DNA from: Andalucia godoyi And28
Lineage: Eukaryota > Protista > Jakobida
Length of the DNA stretch: 64,000 nt
Assembly (NCBI GenBank): GCA_009859145.1
Contig: VRVR01000022.1
Coordinates: 1-64,000, forward strand
Reading direction: 5' to 3'
Shown here: one piece after another, positions 38,267 through 48,983 of the stretch
Position numbering within the stretch: the stretch's first letter is position 1
How the letters are laid out: each line of letters starts with the position of its first letter
Position numbers and translations under genes: made by a program
Notes under the pieces: generated by a model
Database searches by the model: none
Told to the model about the DNA's origin: nothing
Seen by the model: only the letters and a program-made list of their open reading frames with translations

Positions 38267-40537
38267 ATGAATGAAGAGTGGGAGTACAAGACAGAAGCGT
38301 TCCTTGGGAAAGGCGCGTTTGGAGAAGTCCACAAGGTATATGTTCCGCATCTTGGCCGGTGTTTTGCAGTGAAGATCCTGGAGCTTGGCGGGAATGTGCA
38401 GTCCATTGAGCAGGCTCCGAGCACGGTCAAGCAGGAAATAAGTCTTATGTGCTCGCTTGTCCATCCGCACATTGTAAGATTGGAGAATTTCCAGTTTCAC
38501 TTCCAGTCCAACGAGGACCTCCTCAGGAGTTTGAAATTGCAGCAACAGCAGCAACATCTGCAGCAACAGCAAGGCCAGATGCTGAGTTCGAGCATGGTTA
38601 GCGAGCTGCTGGGAAAGAGATCCAAGGCATTTCTGTTTCTCGAGTATGTTCCAGGACAGACACTTTCAGGCATGCTTGCCAAGTACGGACCGCTCCCGCT
38701 GGCTGTGATGAAGCGACAGCTGCGACAACTGTGCTCTGCGTTGCACTACATGCATGTGCGACACATTGTGCACCGGGACTTGAAGCCCGCAAACATCATT
38801 ATCCATGACTCCGATGGAGGCGTGAAGCTTACGGACTTGGGGATTTCGCGATCTGTGCAATCAACATTGGCAGGCTCAGAGACAAAGGGTCATGTGCCTG
38901 CTGGGACGCCGGCATACATGGCCCCTGAGTTACTGCGGGCTAGATCATACTGCACCCGCACAGACATATGGGCGCTCGGTTGTGTAGCATTGGAGATGGC
39001 TTCTGCACGGTCCCCCTACCACGATCTCGACAACATGTATGCAATCCTATTTCGCATCGCCGCAGCCCACAAGCCCAGCAAACCGCAAAATCATCCGTAT
39101 GGACTCGAGTTTGATGAATTCCTCGATGTCTGTTGGAATCCAGATCCAGCTGGAAGGCCGTCTGCCTTGGACCTGCTCGTCAAGCATCCGTTTCTGCGGC
39201 TTGCAGACGGTGAATCTGACGAGTTTGTGCGACGCACCGTGCAGGATTCTGTGTTTGGATCCCGCGTTGTGCGGTCCATTTCCGTCACAAATTCAAATCC
39301 AGCCGTTTCTCCCACTCCTGTGTGTCCAGCTCCAGTTTCTCCGGCCAGCAGCTTGAACACGGTCGATGCGAAGGCTTCCAGCGTTTCCAGCTCTCCGATG
39401 GCGGCCTCAAGTCCCGTCCCCGTCGGCTCCTGTTTCCGAGTCTATTCAAGCAAGCACAACAACACGATCCTTGCGATTGGCTGTTTGCAAGGCCATCTGT
39501 GTCGATCCGTCTCGTACCAAGTGTCCGCAACCTCGCGTCATTTCCCCTCCGTTCTGGCAGTCGAAAAGTGCAACATACGGGACTTTTCAGCGGAATCTGT
39601 CCGATTTGTCGTGGCAGCTCTCGAGAAACTGGCGCTTCGCACGTTCTCCTCCGCGACATCATTTGCAGAACCACAGACCTGGTTCACGGCGGAGACGCTG
39701 TGCAAGTATCTGCCGTCTGCGGATGACCGGTCGATTTCATTGCTGATGATCTGTGCACCCGACTTGACGGCCCGGTCCCTTCTCGACAACCTGTCATGGC
39801 TTCTTGAGCCGTGTTTGGAATGCTTTTCGTCCTCGTTACCGTCTGCGCACGATCATCGCTCGTCATTTGGAGCAGCCGGCTCCTCAGTTCCCCACAGATT
39901 GCGCATCTTGCTGTTGGTCAAGGACAGCCTTCCAAGAGACGTTATTCGCACCTCTGGCATTTCAACGATTGATTTTCCGGTCGATTCAAACGTAGGAGAC
40001 AGTTCCCCGGATATTGCAAAGTTTTCGCTGCGGCTGTTTGCCGATCCGGTGGTTCTGCGGAGTGCGCCAGTCGCGTCGAATTTCCCACTTCCCGCAGGCT
40101 CGGAAGGACTTTCGACCTCTGCAACAAGTTCTGTGTCAACCTCCGTCAGCTCCGACAGCCCGCGGTCGGTTTCCTCGTCGGTTTCCTCGCAGAATTTGAC
40201 ATCTCCCGACGGCCCCATGTTTGTCCTTGAGCAAACCTCGGACGTGCATGTCCGAATACGAGGCAGGCTGGACGGGACACCCGTAACATTCGCTGCCTTC
40301 TTCCCTCCATCCACCAGGATCCAGGATGTCAGCGATGCTCTGCAACAAGCGTGTCGCGGAACTTCATTCTCCAGTAACATTCGTGTGCGCCTACGATCTG
40401 CCTTATCCGCGACATCGGTGTCTGGATTTCGATTAGACGATGCTTTCTTATCTCCATTGCTGAAGCTCTCCGACATCCTCTCGCTCTACACATCGCCCGA
40501 CGCCGTCCCGACTGTCGACTTTTCCATCGTGCTCTAA
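38267..40537 (+). CDS. STE-group (MAP3K/Cdc15-like) Ser/Thr protein kinase with polyQ insert and uncharacterised C-terminal domains (756 aa)
   Basis: GKGAFGEV, AVK, HRDLKPAN, DLG, GTPAYMAPE, DIWALGC..LEM and C-terminal RPSA..LL.HPF. Confidence 0.92.
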   Translation: MNEEWEYKTEAFLGKGAFGEVHKVYVPHLGRCFAVKILELGGNVQSIEQAPSTVKQEISLMCSLVHPHIVRLENFQFHFQSNEDLLRSLKLQQQQQHLQQQQGQMLSSSMVSELLGKRSKAFLFLEYVPGQTLSGMLAKYGPLPLAVMKRQLRQLCSALHYMHVRHIVHRDLKPANIIIHDSDGGVKLTDLGISRSVQSTLAGSETKGHVPAGTPAYMAPELLRARSYCTRTDIWALGCVALEMASARSPYHDLDNMYAILFRIAAAHKPSKPQNHPYGLEFDEFLDVCWNPDPAGRPSALDLLVKHPFLRLADGESDEFVRRTVQDSVFGSRVVRSISVTNSNPAVSPTPVCPAPVSPASSLNTVDAKASSVSSSPMAASSPVPVGSCFRVYSSKHNNTILAIGCLQGHLCRSVSYQVSATSRHFPSVLAVEKCNIRDFSAESVRFVVAALEKLALRTFSSATSFAEPQTWFTAETLCKYLPSADDRSISLLMICAPDLTARSLLDNLSWLLEPCLECFSSSLPSAHDHRSSFGAAGSSVPHRLRILLLVKDSLPRDVIRTSGISTIDFPVDSNVGDSSPDIAKFSLRLFADPVVLRSAPVASNFPLPAGSEGLSTSATSSVSTSVSSDSPRSVSSSVSSQNLTSPDGPMFVLEQTSDVHVRIRGRLDGTPVTFAAFFPPSTRIQDVSDALQQACRGTSFSSNIRVRLRSALSATSVSGFRLDDAFLSPLLKLSDILSLYTSPDAVPTVDFSIVL

Positions 40538-41655
40538 AAACAGCGGTGGTGAAGAAGAGAAACACGACTTCACCTGCTGTACGATCCCAAATCTTAGACT
40601 CACTTGATGCTTTCGTGTCCCTTCCTCTTGCAACAGCTGCCACTTATTGCGATATGATGAAGCAATCCAAAGCGCACGTTTAAACAAAAAACACTGCCAC
40701 GCGCCATGCGCATGCGTTTGCTATCTTAAGCAACTCCGTCACACGATGCCTGATTCGTTTCGCCCCCATTTTGATCATGAAATCCCTATAAACACGCCGC
40801 CGCGTTGCATTCTCGCACAGCGACGCTCATTACTTATTCTCTTTTTTATTTTTTATTGTCCATGCAACGCTGCGCAAGACCCATGGCATCTCCACCGACG
40901 CTGGGCCGCCGCCAGGGAAGATCGCCAAGGCGACAACGACGTGGCAGATGTTGACACGGGGCCATTATCAATTCCAACAGCGGCAGGTGTCGATTGTGAC
41001 TTGTGACGGAGGTGTACGCGTCTGAAACGTGCGGCCGCTGCGGGGAAATCCATCGCAAGTTGTATGAAAACAAGGTGTTGGGTTGCAACATTGATCATGG
41101 GTGATCAGCGATGATTATCCGTGGTTAGTGTACAATGTAGGCGCTCGGCAAAGACGTGAATCATCATACTGTAAGAGATCATCGGCTAAGCTGTTTTCGT
41201 TTTTATTTGGGCCGATCACCAACGCTTTCAATGCAGATCGCACTGCATCAAAGGGGCATCGCAACCACGAGTTTCTTGGTGCTCGGTATCTTCGAAAAAG
41301 AACGGAAAGAAAAGAAAAGAAAGTGAAGCACGAAGAAATTCTAGACTTGATTACGGTAGGAAAAACTGCGTTCTCATAGGGTTAGTACGGTAGGTGAAAG
41401 GAAAAAAACTTCCGATATGATACTGTTGCAAAAAACGCGGTCAACCGTTTCTCGTCTCGAATCAACGACTAATTCCTGTCTTTCGTTTCCGGGAAAAAGA
41501 AAACCACGATTTCCGTGTTTCTTGATTTTACTCTTTTGATTTTCGTTTCCTGCTTTTTGAACTTTGAAATCTTTTTATTATTATTGTTGTTGGTTTTTGT
41601 TAGAGTTACTTTTATTATTTTTAAATTTAAAACAAAAGCATCAAGTCAGAGGGAG

Positions 41656-43935
41656 ATGGGGAAGTCCGCGGTGAAGGTGTGCATTCGGACGCGTCCAACG
41701 ACGAATTTTGCGCAGGACCAGCTGCTGATTGATCCATCTGCAGACTCGATTACGGTGGATTTCCGTCGACGGCAAGCTGGAGGGATTCTTCAGAACCAGC
41801 AGGATGTGTTTCCGTTCCGATTCGACTCTGTGCTGCACAATTCTTCCCAGGAAGCTGTGTATGACTCTGTTGCGTCAGAGATTGTGCAGAGTGTTCTTGA
41901 TGGATACAATGGGACGATCATGTGCTACGGACAGACTGGTGCTGGAAAGACGTTTACGATGATTGGAGGGTCATCGAACTTCAAGTATCGTGGCTTGGTG
42001 CCAAGGTCGCTGGCGCATGTGTACCGGGAAATTGCAGCGCACCCGGAGCAGGCTGTGACAGTGCGGATTTCGTATTTGGAGATTTACAATGACCAGATGT
42101 TTGATCTGCTGAATCCGCAGAACGAAGGGAAGTTGGAGATCCAGGAAGATGGATTGAACACGAGCGTGAAGGGCCTTATGCTGCCAGCTGCGCCGAGCGA
42201 AGAAGACGCATTGGCGCTGCTGTTTGAAGGAGAAACAAATCGAACGATTGCCGAGCATTCCCTCAACGCGCGGTCGACTCGCTCGCATTGCATCTTTACT
42301 GTGCACATAGAATCGAGATCGAGGGTTGAGAGCAATGGAAAGGTGACGTACTCAAAGCTCAACTTGGTGGACCTGGCTGGATCGGAACGCGTAGGAAAGA
42401 CGCACTCCACCGGGACGACTCTGAAGGAAGCCAATTTCATCAACCGATCACTCTCGTTCTTGGAGCAGGTGGTCATTGCACTGGGAACACCGTCTAGGGA
42501 ACACATTCCGTATCGACAGACGAGACTGACCAATGTGCTGAAGGACTCGCTGGGCGGAAACTGCAAGACGCTGCTCATTGCCAACATCTGGGCGGAACCT
42601 CAGTGTTTGGACGAGACGATTTCAACACTCAAGTTTGCAACAAGAATGATGCGCGTCCAAAACGAACCGGTGCAGAACGTGAGCATGGATGCGCAGGCAC
42701 AGGTGAAGGTTCTGGAAAGGCAGGTGCGTGATCTGAGGCAAGAACTGGCGATGATCAAGCAACTCTCTGGACAGTCGTCGAACACCGCGAGCTATGAGCC
42801 ACTTGGAGACTCGGACAAGCACGAATTGCAAAGTCGAGTCTTGTCGTTTGTCAAAGGAGAAGGCGCAGAGGATGCAATCATGGACAAGGTAGAGTCGTTC
42901 TACAGATTCCGTGAAGTTCTTGGGATGTTCCGCGAGGCGTTCCGTGCCATTCAGGCGCAGAATCGCTCGCTTTCATCCAGCATGGGCGGTGGCATGGTTG
43001 GCCCCGGCGTCGGGGCTCTGGGACGAGAGAATTCTGCCGGCAGTGCAAAAGGCGGCCGCAATCAAGGTCCGGGAGTTGGAGAAGTCGATGCACAAGGATC
43101 GCTGGCTGCCACAGGCGTCGGTGCGCCCGCCGCGGAGTTTCTCACACGTCGCAAGACAGACCTGTCCGCTTCGCAGAATCTTGGGTCGCAATCTCCCACC
43201 AGCCAACCACAGCATCAACAAAGGGATGCGTCTGCCGAACAAACTGAAGCATCTTCGAGGCCCGAAAAGAAGGTTGCTTTCGAGGACTACAAGAACAAGG
43301 AAGGGGCCGAGATTGCGCTGCAGCTCCGAGAAGGCCTGGCTCAGCTCAAGGACAAGAAGCGTGCAAGCAAAGACATTGCGCTTCGGGTCAACGAATGTGT
43401 CAAGGAGATCGATAGGCTGAAGAAACAGTTGGGTGCACGTCAGGTTGCAAAGGGCGGCTCGTTCAACGACCAGGATGACAATGGGACGTCCAAGGATATT
43501 ATTTTGGATGAAGAAGAGTTTGCATTGTTCCGTGATCTGAAGAATCAAAAGAGGCAGTACAAGGAGGCATTCGGATCTCTGCGGGAGACCAAGTCCGAAG
43601 TCGAGTATCTCGAGCGCATGACGGATCAGGCCCGCCAGCAACTCATAGTGAACTTTGAAGAATGGTATCTCAAGACGTTTGGTGGAGACGGCGAGGCAGC
43701 AGAGCAGGAGCAGGATGATGACATGATGGTTGGAATGGTCACCTCCGGGAAGACACGACGAATGAACTCTACCGCTACCGAAGACGTCATGGATGAGGCG
43801 GAGAAGTTTGAGCAGCTGGAAATGGACCGCATCTTGTCGGAAGATCCAGAGTCCGCTGCGTTCTACGGCGCAAAGAAGAAGTTTGCACTACACTCCTCTA
43901 AATCCAGACCGAGTGTTCAGAAACGAAAAGTGTAA
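41656..43935 (+). CDS. KIF9: Kinesin-9 family motor (KIF9/KLP1-like, 759 aa)
   Basis: VKVCIRTRP, YGQTGAGKTFT, SYLEIYND, SSRSH-type STRSHCIF and LVDLAGSER. The tail (LFRDLKNQKRQYKEAF...FEEWY) is kinesin-9-like. KIF6 versus KIF9 is a judgement. Confidence 0.88.
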   Translation: MGKSAVKVCIRTRPTTNFAQDQLLIDPSADSITVDFRRRQAGGILQNQQDVFPFRFDSVLHNSSQEAVYDSVASEIVQSVLDGYNGTIMCYGQTGAGKTFTMIGGSSNFKYRGLVPRSLAHVYREIAAHPEQAVTVRISYLEIYNDQMFDLLNPQNEGKLEIQEDGLNTSVKGLMLPAAPSEEDALALLFEGETNRTIAEHSLNARSTRSHCIFTVHIESRSRVESNGKVTYSKLNLVDLAGSERVGKTHSTGTTLKEANFINRSLSFLEQVVIALGTPSREHIPYRQTRLTNVLKDSLGGNCKTLLIANIWAEPQCLDETISTLKFATRMMRVQNEPVQNVSMDAQAQVKVLERQVRDLRQELAMIKQLSGQSSNTASYEPLGDSDKHELQSRVLSFVKGEGAEDAIMDKVESFYRFREVLGMFREAFRAIQAQNRSLSSSMGGGMVGPGVGALGRENSAGSAKGGRNQGPGVGEVDAQGSLAATGVGAPAAEFLTRRKTDLSASQNLGSQSPTSQPQHQQRDASAEQTEASSRPEKKVAFEDYKNKEGAEIALQLREGLAQLKDKKRASKDIALRVNECVKEIDRLKKQLGARQVAKGGSFNDQDDNGTSKDIILDEEEFALFRDLKNQKRQYKEAFGSLRETKSEVEYLERMTDQARQQLIVNFEEWYLKTFGGDGEAAEQEQDDDMMVGMVTSGKTRRMNSTATEDVMDEAEKFEQLEMDRILSEDPESAAFYGAKKKFALHSSKSRPSVQKRKV

Positions 43936-44085
43936 GTAGGAATGAAATGCTACCGTTAGGGAGAGGGAGAGAAAGAACCGCATATTCTGTTATTAATTTA
44001 CAAATGGTGTGTTCATTCGGATGTTCAGCAAAACAACACAAAAAAGTTAAACAAAGAAGACGAAGAGGAAAGAAGGAAAATTTGA

Positions 44086-46056
44086 TCACCACCGGTACTT
44101 GGGCTTTGGGGGAGAAACACTCACTGCGAGCATCTCTCGATCGTCGTCATCAACATTCTGCCCATTGCCGAAAACGTCTCCGTCGTCGTCATCTTCACCA
44201 TTGGGCTCGTCCGCATCATCGCCAATCGAATCATCCGATTCGCTCATGGACCCAGATCCAGACCCAGATCCACTCATGGTACGCTCAAGAGACTGCGACA
44301 GCATTTCCATAGAAAACGAGCCGGCTTGCATGTCGGATGATCCTCCAGAAGACGGAGAGGCGCCTGGAAACCGACTTGCCGACAGAGAATTGCTGGTGGA
44401 CGATATTCGGCCATTCCAGAACCGGAAAAACGGCTTGACAACCGCGGCCGAATTCGGGAGTGTCAAGGGATCAAAGGGAAAGAACTGATCCAAATGGGAG
44501 AACTCATATGCTTGGTTCATCGACGTGGACACCTTGGAAAACACAAACTGCGAGACGGGCGACTTTCCGAGTTCTCCAATGGATGCCGCCGACGCTACAT
44601 CCGCGTAGCTGATCACCGGCTTGTGTTGTGTTTGCAGCGCAAATATGCGATTCCTGGAAAGAATGTCGTCGCATTGAATGATGGATCTGCAAAACTCCGT
44701 ACGAACCGATGGCAGCAAGACAAGCAGTGGATTAAGGTTCGTTCGACACACAAAGTCCAAAATGTCGTTCAGCTGTCGATTCGAACGAACAATGTTTGGC
44801 ATGAATACCACTGCATAGAACAAGGCCTGCGTCACAGCATAAAAGACGCTGTGTTGCAAGACGTTGGGGCTGGATGGTCGGCACGAGTCATCCCATCTCC
44901 TGACATAGTTTGTCATCCAGTTCACCATTGCCTCGATGGCCTGATGAACTTTGTCCACTTGCAAAAAGCTGGCACGAGCCAGAAAAGAGCCGAGGTATGC
45001 AGCAATGAGAATTCGAACGCGTGGGACTTCCTGTTCATTAAAGAGTTTGTTAAGAAGAAAGGATAAGAATACACTACAGTTTTGCTCAAACATGCCGCAA
45101 AACGCAAAAAGGATAAACTGAACGCACTTTGTGTGTGTGGATTTCAGAACTAGCTCTTGAAACGCGCACAGAAAACACTCAAATACCGTCGACTTTGCTT
45201 CATCTTCGGGCAAGTTTGCATAGAAATCGGTGCACAGTTTCATGAGCATATCGAGTTTCTCCTCGGTGTGCTCCACCTCGGACGAACGTGTACCGTCATG
45301 TCCCTGCGCGGAGACATTCGACGACTCGATCGGCATATGTGACTCGTCCGCATCCATCTCGCCAGACTGCTCCGCCAGCTCCGACAATTCCGACCGATCC
45401 GAGTTCCCAAGCTCAGAGTCCAACCGCAACATGTAATCAAACACCAGAAACAACAAGCTTTTTCGAATCGACGATATCCTATACGACATTACAAACACCG
45501 CGTGCATGAACACGTGGATTCGGAACAGCGACGACGTGCTTCGATACGGAAGCAACGACTCCACAATCTTTGGAATCATCGAAACCGATGTCGGCACTGC
45601 CTCTATCACCGCAATCATTGTGTCCACAGACTGTTGTGCGACATGAAACGCCCACTGCTCTCTTTCCGCTCTCTCTGCGCCTGCTGTCTCGTCCGGAATC
45701 TCATTCGGGATCATGGACTTCACGAGGTTCGCCATCACCTTCTGCACCAGCTTCGGATACACCCCAAGCAGCGCAAGCAACAATGCGTGAAAATGCGGCC
45801 ACGAAGCCGGGTTCAAAGACTGGAATTCAAGCTTCAAAATCACATCCAAAAAATCTGCATGGCTCTTTTCGTCCAGATATGTGCAGCAGTGCGAGAGCGC
45901 CTGGAGCCACCGCTCATGATACGCCGTCTCTGGATTCCGCACTGTATCCAGCATCTCTTGATATTCGTGCTTTTTTCGGCTATGCAGCACTTGGATGATG
46001 TACTGCTTCACCTTCTCCAGCGGAGACGAAGAGTCCTTTCCAGAAGTACCGGCCAT
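44086..46056 (-). CDS. RRN3: RNA polymerase I-specific transcription initiation factor RRN3/TIF-IA (656 aa)
   Basis: EKLDMLM, LKSTHTKCVQFILF, AAYLGSFLARASF, HSVFYAVTQALFY, LNPL...LPSV..EF and FFPFDP..LP. Confidence 0.93.
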   Translation of the reverse strand: MAGTSGKDSSSPLEKVKQYIIQVLHSRKKHEYQEMLDTVRNPETAYHERWLQALSHCCTYLDEKSHADFLDVILKLEFQSLNPASWPHFHALLLALLGVYPKLVQKVMANLVKSMIPNEIPDETAGAERAEREQWAFHVAQQSVDTMIAVIEAVPTSVSMIPKIVESLLPYRSTSSLFRIHVFMHAVFVMSYRISSIRKSLLFLVFDYMLRLDSELGNSDRSELSELAEQSGEMDADESHMPIESSNVSAQGHDGTRSSEVEHTEEKLDMLMKLCTDFYANLPEDEAKSTVFECFLCAFQELVLKSTHTKCVQFILFAFCGMFEQNCSVFLSFLLNKLFNEQEVPRVRILIAAYLGSFLARASFLQVDKVHQAIEAMVNWMTNYVRRWDDSCRPSSPNVLQHSVFYAVTQALFYAVVFMPNIVRSNRQLNDILDFVCRTNLNPLLVLLPSVRTEFCRSIIQCDDILSRNRIFALQTQHKPVISYADVASAASIGELGKSPVSQFVFSKVSTSMNQAYEFSHLDQFFPFDPLTLPNSAAVVKPFFRFWNGRISSTSNSLSASRFPGASPSSGGSSDMQAGSFSMEMLSQSLERTMSGSGSGSGSMSESDDSIGDDADEPNGEDDDDGDVFGNGQNVDDDDREMLAVSVSPPKPKYRW

Positions 46057-46189
46057 CGCGCTTGAATATATAAAGTATGTATATGTATGTATATACACAA
46101 AACCCAGGAACAAAGGAACACGGCTCGTGGAGAGAGCAGGAGGGAAAAAGAAATTATAATATACAGTTATATACTTACCTTTCTTTTCT

Positions 46190-46272
46190 TTTTCTTCTTC
46201 TTTTTCTTCTTCTTCTTCCTCTTCCTCTTCCTCTTCCTCTTCCTCTTCCTCTTCCTCTTCCTCTTCTTCTTT
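46190..46272. repeat. (TTC)n/(TTCCTC)n microsatellite
   Basis: Directly visible, in the RRN3 upstream region. Confidence 0.9.
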
Positions 46273-46435
46273 CCTGACTGATTATTACTTATCAATGAAA
46301 TACAGAATTCGAACAAATAGATGTACAAAACAGAAAAGGAGCGTATTTGATGCAGTTTATATATGGCATTCATGTTTTGATGTTTTGCTTCGATTGGCGA
46401 AAAGAGCGAACTCAACCCGATGTACAGCCGCTATT

Positions 46436-48610
46436 TTACAGAACAAGTCGATCGACGCCGAGAACAAGCTGGGAGCCTTGGGCCTGGGGGGCGACATGGC
46501 CGACAGCTTGCTCGTCATAGTACCGTCGTTTTGCCTCCAGCAGGGACTCGAGTCTCCCGAGCCACTGCATCTGCATTCTGTTCGGCTCCAGATTCTCCTT
46601 GATGTATCGCTGGCGCTCCTGCAGCTCCCTGGACTGCTGCTGAAGCTGCTGCGCTTGGGCCATGAGCATCTCTTCGTACGTGCTGTGCTCGGAATTGAGG
46701 TTGGACGACCCGTGCGACGACTTGTACTCAAGCTCCTTCCGCGCACGATCTTCCCACGCCTTCACCATCGCCGTCTGGCTCTGCAACAGATGGAAGAGGG
46801 ACTCCTGCTGGCGATAGTCCTCGGTCAGCGCAAGCACATCCTGCTCCGCCATAAGCTTCTCCGTTTCGGCTCCAGCGATCGCGGCTTCAAAGTCCCGCTT
46901 CTTGTCCGAATGCTTGGTTTGCAGCTCGCGATGCTCATCGCGCAACGCTTGCAATTCCTTGATTTGCGGTTGAAGCTGCTGCTTCTTGTTTCGAATCTGT
47001 GCATTGATTTCCTCTACGACGCGAGAGATCTCCTCCAGCGTCTGGCCTTTGCTTTCGTCCAGCGTAGCCTTTTGCGCAGAAACACGATCCAAATCCTCGC
47101 GGACATGCTGGAACCCCTGCACTCCTTTCTTGGACGCCACTTCGTCGAGATACTCGTTCAGCTTGGTGTCACGCGACTTCAAAATATCGACGGTTCGAGA
47201 CAAGACTCCATTTTCCGTTTGGAAAACACCCAACTCGGCCTTCTTCTTCTTGTAGATTGCAGATTTGTTGCGCATCTGAGCAACATACGCATGGATGTCT
47301 TCTTCCTTGGGCGCAGACGACTGTTTGGGCGAAGCGACGGCCTTGGGTGACGCAGCAGCGTGACTTCCAGAGGAGCGCTTCGACGGCGTTCCTCGGCTCT
47401 GGTTCTCCGCCTGCTGAACCTGCTCTCTCATTCTCGCCGCCTCGCTTTCGAGTTCTGTTCGCTTCTTTTGCACCAACGTCAGCTGCTGTCGGAACATCTC
47501 CACTCGCTTGATCTCCTCCTCCGACATGTCTTTCCGCTCATTCTGCTTCGCAGCATTCGACGCCACAATAGACACCGACCCCGAACTTCTTTGCTCAAGC
47601 ACGTTCACACGGTCTTTCAATCTCCTGACATCCGACTCCAGCTTTCGCGGGTCCGTCTGGTCACGCTCAATTCGAGAGAGTGATTCAAAGCGTTCTTGCA
47701 TCTGCTGCAGTTGAAGTGGCAGTCTTTCCATCAGCAGCGAAGATCGCTGGTGGTTCTCTGCCTGCATCTTCGCCAGCACGGCATCGATATCCTCCTCCTC
47801 CGACGATCCGTGAGAGCTCGCTCTTGATTTCAGCTGTGCGGTTGCATCCTCCAAATCTGCTTCTGCCTGCAGCAGCAATCGCTGCTGCTCGCGATACGAA
47901 ATTCCCAATCGTGCGTATTCGTCATACGCTTTTCGCAGAGACTGTGCTCTGTCCACAAGCGACGAGGCACCTTCCAAATCCTCAATCTTTGACTTTAATC
48001 GCGCAACCTTGTTTTCAAGCTGCTCCTTCTCCTGCTCGAGCCCACTGATCTTCGCCCGGAGTTCCGCCGGCGAAACCTTTGTCGACCTATTTTTATCGAC
48101 GACCTTGTGCACAGCCTTGAACTCCTCCTGCAGCGCATGCAGCTTGTTGTTCTCGTCGTCGATTGCGGGGTCCATTAAAAACTCCTCGGGCATGTCCACA
48201 GGCATCAAAAACCTCGCAAGATACACTCGTTTTCTCAAATCCGGCAGCTTCTGCAGAAGCCACAGCATCAAAGGGTACAACACGTTGCGGTCTGCCTTGG
48301 AAAGCGCCTGTGAGAGAACACCCGGGTCCTGAAACTCCTTGTAATTCATAAACCGAATGAGATAATCTGTTGTTCTTCCAGCATATTCCTCGAGCGTGAT
48401 CGAAGCGGACGCCCCGGGACTGAATGGAAATGCAGGAAGCGCCGAGTCAATCACTTGCAAAATAGAATGGAAAAGCCCAAGCAGCTCAATCGGGCTCTTT
48501 TCGTCGAGCTGGAACAATGACAGATCAAGCGACAAGTGGTCCTTCAGCAGCGAAATCACTCCCTGCACAGTCGACGCCGTATACGCCGATGTATATGCTG
48601 ATCCATACAT
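46436..48610 (-). CDS. IFT81: Intraflagellar transport protein 81
   Basis: N-terminal CH domain (LYPLMLWLLQ..PDLRKRVYLARFL.PVDMPEEFL), FKAVHK, YKKKKAEL...E.GVLSRTVDILK, KGQTLEEISRVV, IKELQALR and C-terminal DRLVL. Confidence 0.96.
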   Translation of the reverse strand: MYGSAYTSAYTASTVQGVISLLKDHLSLDLSLFQLDEKSPIELLGLFHSILQVIDSALPAFPFSPGASASITLEEYAGRTTDYLIRFMNYKEFQDPGVLSQALSKADRNVLYPLMLWLLQKLPDLRKRVYLARFLMPVDMPEEFLMDPAIDDENNKLHALQEEFKAVHKVVDKNRSTKVSPAELRAKISGLEQEKEQLENKVARLKSKIEDLEGASSLVDRAQSLRKAYDEYARLGISYREQQRLLLQAEADLEDATAQLKSRASSHGSSEEEDIDAVLAKMQAENHQRSSLLMERLPLQLQQMQERFESLSRIERDQTDPRKLESDVRRLKDRVNVLEQRSSGSVSIVASNAAKQNERKDMSEEEIKRVEMFRQQLTLVQKKRTELESEAARMREQVQQAENQSRGTPSKRSSGSHAAASPKAVASPKQSSAPKEEDIHAYVAQMRNKSAIYKKKKAELGVFQTENGVLSRTVDILKSRDTKLNEYLDEVASKKGVQGFQHVREDLDRVSAQKATLDESKGQTLEEISRVVEEINAQIRNKKQQLQPQIKELQALRDEHRELQTKHSDKKRDFEAAIAGAETEKLMAEQDVLALTEDYRQQESLFHLLQSQTAMVKAWEDRARKELEYKSSHGSSNLNSEHSTYEEMLMAQAQQLQQQSRELQERQRYIKENLEPNRMQMQWLGRLESLLEAKRRYYDEQAVGHVAPQAQGSQLVLGVDRLVL

Positions 48611-48942
48611 GGCGCCTCCTTTTCAAAAACTCTCCTCTCCCAACTAATAATTACGCAATTACTTTTTATCAACTACAAAATTATAATTACAATTATAATT
48701 AATAATTAATAATTGAAACAAATGAAACACATGTGCACTAAACGAATAGAGCATTCGGCTTCCAAGAATGGCTCATTCGGGAGAACAATAACAGTCAAAC
48801 CTGAAGACAGCCCTAGGCAGAAAACAGACCTTAGGGTTTCAGCTGTACACTCTCCCACCACCAATGAAAAAACGTGCACTACAGATTCTGTGCTCCAGTT
48901 TCTGGTGTCTTTGTTGTTGTTGTTGCTGTCTTTTGGATGCTA

Positions 48943-48983
<41 letters not shown>

